Positions 57,569-64,000 of a stretch of DNA of 64,000 nucleotides are shown here, in pieces; position 1 is the first letter of the stretch; each line of letters opens with the position of its first letter. The notes under the pieces were generated by a model, which saw only the letters and a program-made list of their open reading frames with translations, searched no databases and was not told the DNA's origin. The stretch lies in sequence record NC_052660.1, one strand, 5' to 3'. This stretch comes from Escherichia phage tuntematon. The position numbers were made by a program, and so were the translations under genes.

Positions 57569-58057
57569 TTATTTTTTAGACTTGCTTTTTGTGATTTTTG
57601 TTTCGATTGCATTTATCATGTGTGCCGTATCTATTAAGATATGATTAGAATAGTTGCCTTTATCTTGTCGTATCTTAATTGTCACAGGAGATAAAGGACG
57701 ATAACGTTGCATTGCAATCGCTTGAGCTATTCCTTCTCTAGAGGCTCTCGCTATAGGCTCAAAAACAGCTAACCCGACATTATTCAGTAAGTAATTTGCA
57801 AACACCTGCTTCATCTTTTTAGCGATATTGTTCTGTGAGATAACAGCACCATCTGTTATAAAAGGGCGAGCAGGTATGTTATTTGTTTCATTACCATATT
57901 GTTGAATAGCTGCTATTGCAGGAATAGTGAGATCTGATTCAGGATGCCTTTTGTTTGTTAAAAAACCAGCCTCGATTTGAACTTGTTCAAGGTCCATCAT
58001 CTTTTTGATAATGGTTTCCCAATCTGTATCGTCACCTGGTAAGATCTCACTTTCCAT
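57569..58057 (-). CDS. hypothetical head-tail joining region protein
   Basis: 162 aa ORF. Confidence 0.35.
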   Translation of the reverse strand: MESEILPGDDTDWETIIKKMMDLEQVQIEAGFLTNKRHPESDLTIPAIAAIQQYGNETNNIPARPFITDGAVISQNNIAKKMKQVFANYLLNNVGLAVFEPIARASREGIAQAIAMQRYRPLSPVTIKIRQDKGNYSNHILIDTAHMINAIETKITKSKSKK

Positions 58058-58605
58058 TATTTGTCCCTACGATAAAAAGAAACAGGTCCGTAATTTCGCA
58101 AATAATTAACGTTGCGTGTATTACGATCAACACTTGCAACATTACCAAGACCATTCACAGAGTTAGGATCGCTGTTTACTCGATCAATCTCACGAGCATC
58201 CACACCACCAATAAGAACTTTACTGGTTGCTCCTCGTCCTGCCGTGCACCCAGGAATGACCATAAGACCATTTAAATAGTTATGATAAATATCTTCCCAC
58301 GGAGATTTATAAGTGACTTGACCGTTGTTAAATTTAACTTCAACTTCGACTTCACCCATCTTTTCTCTGCGGGACATAGCTCCTCCTGTTTGAGTATTGT
58401 TGTTAAGAACATCGTTGTTCCATAAATACTCTAAAACAGAAATCAAGCTGTTCCACAATACTGCACACTTATCCTTATCTTCATTCCCTATAATATCAAT
58501 CCAAGTTTGGATGATCTGAATCAGCATTGCGTCTGGCAATACTTCTTGAGAAGGGTTATAAACAAGGATTCGGATCAGTGGTGCCAACTCTACCGCATTC
58601 AGCAT
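58057..58605 (-). CDS. hypothetical head-tail joining region protein
   Basis: 182 aa ORF. Confidence 0.35.
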   Translation of the reverse strand: MLNAVELAPLIRILVYNPSQEVLPDAMLIQIIQTWIDIIGNEDKDKCAVLWNSLISVLEYLWNNDVLNNNTQTGGAMSRREKMGEVEVEVKFNNGQVTYKSPWEDIYHNYLNGLMVIPGCTAGRGATSKVLIGGVDAREIDRVNSDPNSVNGLGNVASVDRNTRNVNYLRNYGPVSFYRRDK

Positions 58606-58614
58606 AAGCCCACC

Positions 58615-59013
58615 TTATTTTTTACGAAGGGAACGTTTTTTAGCTGGAGTGTCTACCGCTTCTACTTTTAAAACTTCTTCTTTGATTTTTACAGGCGAAT
58701 AGTCTTCATAACTTACAAGATAGTAACCCATGTGTTCTTCACTTGCAAAAGGATGCACAAGAATACCTGTTTCTTCTCTCAAACGCGTGAGGAAGTGAAT
58801 GAAGTTTCCACCTAATGCAATACGACCATCTTTCAGATAGAAAGACATTGGTGGCGCAGATACTAATGTTTTATCAGCATCAATCAGTGGTGAAAGCGAT
58901 TCGAAATCACGAATCATTTCGTGATAACTAAAGTAACGTTTCAATTCTGGGTTTGACATATCAATCTCCTCATTGTAAACTCTTATTGTAAACAGAAAAG
59001 GCTCGCCCATCAC
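58615..59013 (-). CDS. hypothetical head completion-region protein
   Basis: 132 aa ORF. Confidence 0.35.
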   Translation of the reverse strand: MMGEPFLFTIRVYNEEIDMSNPELKRYFSYHEMIRDFESLSPLIDADKTLVSAPPMSFYLKDGRIALGGNFIHFLTRLREETGILVHPFASEEHMGYYLVSYEDYSPVKIKEEVLKVEAVDTPAKKRSLRKK

Positions 59014-59023
59014 GGACGAGCCT
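58986..59023 (-). terminator. rho-independent terminator after the major capsid gene
   Basis: On the - strand, AGGCTCGTCC...GGCGAGCCT hairpin followed by TTTTCTGTTT. Confidence 0.55.
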
Positions 59024-59043
59024 CTAATATTAACAGAGTTCTA

Positions 59044-60045
59044 TTAAGCCGTAGTCAGTTTAACTACCAGTTCTGGACGGGTGTTAACTGCGAGCAGCGA
59101 GAATTCAGACTGAAGCTGAATAGTGCGGTGCTGGCTGATCATGAAGGTATACAGTTCACGAGCCTGGGTGTTAGCCAGTTCTGGAGTATCCGCAGGAGCG
59201 TAGTGTGCCTGGAACATACCTTCGATACCCATAGGCAGAACATATGCTTCACCAGCAGGGATGTTACCGTGGATATCTTCAATGTAAGTTACACCGTTCC
59301 ATTCGAACACCTGAACATCCATGTTACCGCTAAGGCGGTCACGCAGAAGGTTAGGAGTTCCCTGGAAATACTGATATGCCTGGCGAACAAATGGAGAGTT
59401 AACCAGAGATGCGAAAAACTCACGAGAACACAGAGCTACGATACGGGTAGCGGTAGAGCCATCTTGTTTAGTATCGATGATGTAAGCACGAGCTTCTTGT
59501 TCGATAGTGGCTGCTGGAGAAACAGTGGTAGAAGCAAAGTCTACAGCAACAGATTTCTGGGTAGCACCCCATTCGGTATACCAGTTGTATGCAGAGTTAG
59601 CTGCACCACCTACGCCGTTATAGGCACGACCCATAACTGCTTCTGCAAAGATTTTCTCTTTGGTTTTTGCTACGTCACGCAGAATCTGGGACATATAGCG
59701 GTTAACAACTTCAGCGTCTGTGCGCAGAGAGTCATTGATTCCTGCCATTGCAAAGCTACGGAAAGATTGAATATCTTGAGCTTTGATGTTTTTATCCAGA
59801 GGGAAGAACGGAATGCGGAACGCTTTCAGTTCTGGATTTTTCATGGTCAGGAAGTTACGCTCACCACCACGCTCACGAGCGGAGATCAGAGCATCTTCAG
59901 CTTTTTCTTTACCGATTTCAATAGCGGTAGTTGAATGATAGTCAACACTGAACAGATTCAGGCTGGCAATCAGTGTATCAGGGGAATCCTGAAGTTCGAT
60001 CATAGGGCTGAAATCTACAACCTGATCTAAAATTACTGCTGGCAT
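59044..60045 (-). CDS. major capsid protein (lambda gpE-like family)
   Basis: 333 aa; C-terminal VLPMG...NTQARELYTF resembles the lambda gpE region around NTQARGLRTY; follows scaffold and decoration-like genes; strong AGGAG RBS. Confidence 0.65.
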   Translation of the reverse strand: MPAVILDQVVDFSPMIELQDSPDTLIASLNLFSVDYHSTTAIEIGKEKAEDALISARERGGERNFLTMKNPELKAFRIPFFPLDKNIKAQDIQSFRSFAMAGINDSLRTDAEVVNRYMSQILRDVAKTKEKIFAEAVMGRAYNGVGGAANSAYNWYTEWGATQKSVAVDFASTTVSPAATIEQEARAYIIDTKQDGSTATRIVALCSREFFASLVNSPFVRQAYQYFQGTPNLLRDRLSGNMDVQVFEWNGVTYIEDIHGNIPAGEAYVLPMGIEGMFQAHYAPADTPELANTQARELYTFMISQHRTIQLQSEFSLLAVNTRPELVVKLTTA

Positions 60046-60066
60046 TATATTAATCTCCTATTAAAA

Positions 60067-60465
60067 TTAAGAAGTGAAAACGACTTTTTCGGTCAGTTTC
60101 AGATCATGTGTTTCCAGTGCTGCTACGCCAGCGTCATCTACCAGGGAGCCATCTTTGTAGTATACTGCAAAGCGGTTCAGAGTAAGATCACGTACGCCAA
60201 CAACTGCGGTGAAAGTGTCACCTACTGCTACATCGTCAATACCGAACAGAGCATCAGTCCAAAGCAGAACTTTAGCAGCATCGGCAGCTTCAGCTTTAGC
60301 AGCTTCAGTGTTGTCAGCTTTCAGGATAGAACCAATTTTCATGGTTGCTGTTTTAACCAGGTTAACTTCACGTACACAGTGTCCAAGGTCAGAGCTAAAC
60401 ACTCCACCCAGAACCAGGTGTCCGAATTCCTGGCGAGAGTTAGATAAAGTAATTCCTTTAGCCAT
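60067..60465 (-). CDS. head decoration protein (lambda gpD-like, putative)
   Basis: 132 aa ORF immediately upstream of the major capsid gene; assignment mainly by position and size. Confidence 0.45.
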   Translation of the reverse strand: MAKGITLSNSRQEFGHLVLGGVFSSDLGHCVREVNLVKTATMKIGSILKADNTEAAKAEAADAAKVLLWTDALFGIDDVAVGDTFTAVVGVRDLTLNRFAVYYKDGSLVDDAGVAALETHDLKLTEKVVFTS

Positions 60466-60484
60466 TTAATTTAATCTCCTAAGA

Positions 60485-61600
60485 TTATTGTTTCTGGGCT
60501 TTTTTAAGTTCAGCAGCTTTCTGACTAATCAGTTCAGAAGAAGATTTAGCTACAGGTTGAGTATTGATCACATCAACACCACGTTCTGTTCCAAATTCTT
60601 TCTTAACTGCGTCCACTTCTGCACGTGCTTTTTCGAATGCTTTGACGATAGTTTCAGCGATATCTTTATTGTCTACCAGATATTTAACGAGAGCTTCAAC
60701 TTTGTCTTCTTCTACGAAAGAATAGGATTTAACAACAGTTGTATATTCTTCTTCGATACGAGCTTGTTCAGCTTTACGAAGTTCTTCTGCTTCCTGTTCT
60801 GCCTTAGCGATTTTTTCCTGTGCTTCAAGTTCTGCGGCTGCACGTGCATCTGCTGCTGCTTTTTCTACAGCTTCAGCGATCTGTGCTTTCATCAGTTCTT
60901 GGAATTCAGCAGATTTCAGGAATTCTTCTTTGTTGATATTTTCCAAAGGGGTTTCTCCTTTATTGATTCCAGTTGTGTTTGCAGATTTATCACCTGCGGG
61001 GTTAGCCTCTGCATCCACAGAGTTTGTATTAGCTTTAGCGTGAGCTTTCACTAAATAATCTTTAACTTGACTTTGTTTCAAGGAACTCTTAACGAGATTA
61101 CTCAAAGCATCGTCTAAAACGTCCTCAAAGAAATCAATGGAGATCATTACATCACCATCAACAACTTGATAATCAGTAACACGAACAACAGGTTTAGCAA
61201 CCTCTTCAACTTCAACATTCAGTCCGTCAACTTTAAAGCCAACAGAGAACATACCGTTATCTGAACAGAAAATTGCAACGTTCGCATCGAAGTCAGCATC
61301 AATAACGTAAACCCAATCCCAACCAGCTTCAAATTTTTCACGCACTTTTTCAGAAATGCGATCCATCACTTGTTGAATATAGCTTTTACGTAACTCTGTA
61401 ACATCTTCTCCCATTTTAGTGAGAGCTTCTAACTTTTCAAAAGTTATGTCTGGAGATCCGTCTGACTTAAATAAAAGGGGGGTATTATAACCAGATGCCG
61501 CTCCACCTTGAAAATCAAAAGTGTAAGCAATATGAGCACCTAGTGACTCTTCCGTAGCTTTTCCAGAAAAGTCTACGTTAGTTAAATATGTATTTGCCAC
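60485..61600 (-). CDS. scaffolding protein (putative)
   Basis: 371 aa; strongly helical, charged C-terminal half (AEAVEKAAADARAAAELEAQEKIAKAEQEAEELRKAEQARIEEE); located between portal and capsid genes. Confidence 0.5.
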   Translation of the reverse strand: MANTYLTNVDFSGKATEESLGAHIAYTFDFQGGAASGYNTPLLFKSDGSPDITFEKLEALTKMGEDVTELRKSYIQQVMDRISEKVREKFEAGWDWVYVIDADFDANVAIFCSDNGMFSVGFKVDGLNVEVEEVAKPVVRVTDYQVVDGDVMISIDFFEDVLDDALSNLVKSSLKQSQVKDYLVKAHAKANTNSVDAEANPAGDKSANTTGINKGETPLENINKEEFLKSAEFQELMKAQIAEAVEKAAADARAAAELEAQEKIAKAEQEAEELRKAEQARIEEEYTTVVKSYSFVEEDKVEALVKYLVDNKDIAETIVKAFEKARAEVDAVKKEFGTERGVDVINTQPVAKSSSELISQKAAELKKAQKQ

Positions 61601-61602
61601 GA

Positions 61603-62082
61603 TTAGTCCTTCTTGACTTTAACGCCCATTGCGCCTATACTCAAACCTTTAAGAACGCCGTCTTTACGAGCTTGATATAATTCAGGGTCGTTGAATTGGA
61701 TTTTAACGAGGGGAGTTCCTTCCACAACGAGTTCGTCACCAATGTAACAATCGACTTCATTTACCCAAGCTTTAATTGGAGAAAACTTATCGGTGTTCTT
61801 CATGTGACCAAGATTACCACTAATGTTGGTAATATTCTCATTGAAGTTGTCAACCATCTTCCTGATTTCCAAATCAGACATGCGCTCTCCGTGGAGATCG
61901 TCTTCTTCAGGTGGACAATACAAGACCTCAATAACCTGCATCTTTTCTTCATCAAATTTATTTTGTTTGACTAGAGTTTCAGGTTTTTGAGATGGTATAG
62001 AATCTTGTTGGGATTCAGAATTCTCTTTAAAACCAGCGAAGGTTTTGAAGAGTTCCCACAGTGTATCTTTATTGAGTTCCAT
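61603..62082 (-). CDS. hypothetical head morphogenesis protein
   Basis: 159 aa ORF between portal and scaffold genes. Confidence 0.35.
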   Translation of the reverse strand: MELNKDTLWELFKTFAGFKENSESQQDSIPSQKPETLVKQNKFDEEKMQVIEVLYCPPEEDDLHGERMSDLEIRKMVDNFNENITNISGNLGHMKNTDKFSPIKAWVNEVDCYIGDELVVEGTPLVKIQFNDPELYQARKDGVLKGLSIGAMGVKVKKD

Positions 62083-62118
62083 TTGAAACCTCTTAAAAAC
62101 AGATATCCCATAAATCTT

Positions 62119-62147
62119 AGTCTACAGGATATTTGTTGTTTTGTCAA
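62119..62147 (-). promoter_or_regulatory. sigma70-like promoter (- strand)
   Basis: On the - strand, TTGACA (62147-62142), 17-nt spacer, TAGACT. Confidence 0.4.
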
Positions 62148-62175
62148 TAGAAAAATTAAAAAATATTAAATATTT

Positions 62176-63741
62176 TTAATTCGACAGGTTTTGTGCTGAA
62201 GGATCTAAAGCAGAAACAGTATCAGATGTTCCAGTTCCCGCTGTAGCTAAACCGTCTCCTGATCGTGAAGTTTTGTCAGGCATATAGTTATCCATGAATT
62301 CAAAGAATTTCTCTTTATTGGCAACAATATCGTCAGGGATGCGATATTCAAAACCAATTTTTTCAAGGAACTCGTTAATAACTTCTGGGGTTAAAGGTAT
62401 TGCACCAGAGGCTACCAACTGCTGAATAGCTTTAGCATTTACTTCAATATCAGGATCACCCATTTCACCACTGACAAACTTAGGCATATCTTCATCAGAA
62501 AGGAAGATATTGTTTAGTCGTAGTGTTTGAGGGATCAGTTGAGAGTTTATAGCTTCTACAACAATATCTACATCTCGCTCAATAAAATGAGACAATAGTG
62601 TTTGTTTGTTGTCAGAAAGCGCAAAACTTCCTGCATCACCATCACCCATAATCAACACACCCGCACCAAAGCGGTTATAAATATCTAGCTTGCGTTGTTT
62701 GATTAGTGCTTGAGTGTCAAACTGTTTACCCGTGCCATCAACACCTTGGAATACAAGATCGTATTGACGCATCACTGTGCCTTCATAAACGTCTGAAGGC
62801 AATACCATGTAGGCTTGCTCACCAGAGTGCAGGTTAGCGATGTTGGCTTGGAGAACTCGAAGAGATTGTGCTTCATCCCCAGCAGGATCTAAAGATGCCC
62901 TGTTTAGAATGTCACTTGGAACCTTAAGAACTGGCATACCACCTAAATCTTTAGATACCCCAATAACCTCAAATTCCTGAATAAGAGATTTTTCACGCCA
63001 GCTACGATATACAGCTAAAAGCGGACTAACTCCTAGTGGGTTATTCTCTGTAATGTTGCTACCAACAAATAGAACTTTACTGAAAGGAATTTCTTTAATA
63101 CCAGTTTCTAAAGTTGTATTACCTGGAGCTAACATCGTATTGGTGATATTCTGGTTAACAGATAGAATAGAACGTCCGTCTGCCGAATATGTAAAAGGTT
63201 GAGCCATGTGAAGAGTGTCTTGTGGTCTAAAAGCCAGTTTGGTTAATCGCCAATACCCAAAGTAAGGACTTTTAGGATCTTCATCCAACTCATAAACTTT
63301 CTCTGCGAATGCAAAACCATATTGCTTATATGTCAAAAGTGATCTAACATATTGACGTAGAGGGGCTTGCATATTGCGCAACATGTAATCAATAAACTTA
63401 GCAGCTTTTCTTGACTTTGCCGAGTTTACATTGTATTTTATCTTGAAATCAAAGAATGCTCTATCTACAAAGATATATGTAGCGTCAAGAGCAGTAGCTA
63501 CATCAGGGTCTTCACCCATCTCTTTAAAAGTGCGAATACATTCTGGGAAACGAGTCTCATAAGGTTGCATGAAATTCGTAAATGCTTTGATTGAGTTTAA
63601 TCCGATCGTTCCTATTTCAGGTGACAGGAGTAACGTTTTCTCTTTCTCTGCCTCTTTTGTTGGAGAGAGAGCAGCTTTATTTGCAGCACCTTTGTCCCAG
63701 TATTCTGACTTTTTAGTGTACGTTCTTTTTCCTGTTGACAC
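62176..63741 (-). CDS. portal protein (putative)
   Basis: 521 aa; GTG start preceded by GGAGG; first gene downstream of a strong promoter and followed by scaffold/capsid genes; size typical of portals; no motif verified. Confidence 0.55.
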   Translation of the reverse strand: MSTGKRTYTKKSEYWDKGAANKAALSPTKEAEKEKTLLLSPEIGTIGLNSIKAFTNFMQPYETRFPECIRTFKEMGEDPDVATALDATYIFVDRAFFDFKIKYNVNSAKSRKAAKFIDYMLRNMQAPLRQYVRSLLTYKQYGFAFAEKVYELDEDPKSPYFGYWRLTKLAFRPQDTLHMAQPFTYSADGRSILSVNQNITNTMLAPGNTTLETGIKEIPFSKVLFVGSNITENNPLGVSPLLAVYRSWREKSLIQEFEVIGVSKDLGGMPVLKVPSDILNRASLDPAGDEAQSLRVLQANIANLHSGEQAYMVLPSDVYEGTVMRQYDLVFQGVDGTGKQFDTQALIKQRKLDIYNRFGAGVLIMGDGDAGSFALSDNKQTLLSHFIERDVDIVVEAINSQLIPQTLRLNNIFLSDEDMPKFVSGEMGDPDIEVNAKAIQQLVASGAIPLTPEVINEFLEKIGFEYRIPDDIVANKEKFFEFMDNYMPDKTSRSGDGLATAGTGTSDTVSALDPSAQNLSN

Positions 63742-63810
63742 TTGTTCCTCCAGTCAGGTATAAAATCGTTAAGGCAAGGCTGTATTATATACAACCTCAC
63801 CTATCTAGTT

Positions 63811-63839
63811 ATAATACACTTTAAAGTGACTTTTGTCAA
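63811..63839 (-). promoter_or_regulatory. strong sigma70-like promoter driving the late operon (- strand)
   Basis: On the - strand, TTGACA (63839-63834), 17-nt spacer, TATTAT (63816-63811); a second TATAAT-like box lies at 63789-63784. Confidence 0.55.
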
Positions 63840-63842
63840 CAA

Positions 63843-64000
63843 TTATCTTTTACGGACACTATACGGTTGGTGAAATCCGCTGTTCATTCTACTGTATCCT
63901 GTAGGAGCATTTGTTGTTGTAGGGATAGCTACTGCTTTGAAAGTATTCTCTTTTGACAGAGTATTAAAACAAGAGGCAGCAGCATCGGGAATGTCATCTT
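63843..64000 (-). CDS. 3' end of an upstream - strand gene (5'-partial; terminase large subunit only by position)
   Basis: The - strand frame is open from the window edge to a TAA at 63845-63843; location upstream of the portal gene is the only basis for a terminase guess. Confidence 0.3.
   Translation of the reverse strand, partial: DDIPDAAASCFNTLSKENTFKAVAIPTTTNAPTGYSRMNSGFHQPYSVRKR

Noticed and set aside
92-63800. Many short ORFs in the track lying antisense to, or nested within, longer genes (e.g. 722-943, 1194-1838, 14457-15011, 27518-28123, 59128-59934, 60488-61054)
   Set aside because: They overlap well-supported longer genes on the opposite strand or in another frame, lack RBS and start context, and show the biased composition expected of shadow ORFs.
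63742-64000. tRNA gene in the 258-bp region upstream of the portal gene
   Set aside because: No cloverleaf-compatible sequence or T-loop (GTTCRANYC-like) motif was found; the region is explained by a promoter and the 3' end of an upstream - strand ORF. The other gaps of about 100 nt are occupied by promoters and terminators.

Overview
This window reads as a contiguous ~64 kb piece of a tailed dsDNA phage genome (Caudoviricetes) with two convergent arms. The left arm (1-28165, + strand) holds early/middle genes; the right arm (28222-63741, - strand) is a late morphogenesis operon. The arms meet at a bidirectional terminator (~28190-28228). Left arm: anaerobic ribonucleotide reductase NrdD/NrdG, a T7 gp4-like primase-helicase, a family A DNA polymerase, an N6-adenine DNA methyltransferase, an SSB-like protein, four glycosyltransferase-like genes, a pol-beta-type nucleotidyltransferase and a secreted SleB-like cell-wall hydrolase. 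Right arm, read from 63741 downward: portal, scaffold, decoration-like and lambda gpE-like major capsid proteins, putative sheath and tube, a tail chaperone pair with a candidate -1 frameshift, tape measure, baseplate-region proteins and three large fibre/spike proteins. The standout observation is a phage-borne set of Ter (tellurite-resistance-like) stress-response genes at ~4.4-15.2 kb: TerC, TerD, a TerF/TerY-like vWA protein and a possible TelA-like protein, next to a HAD phosphatase, a type I phosphoribosyltransferase and a macro domain protein. All calls rest on motifs read from the supplied translations and on promoter/terminator patterns in the DNA; no database search was run. No rRNA or CRISPR array was seen, and no tRNA was recognised in the larger intergenic gaps.
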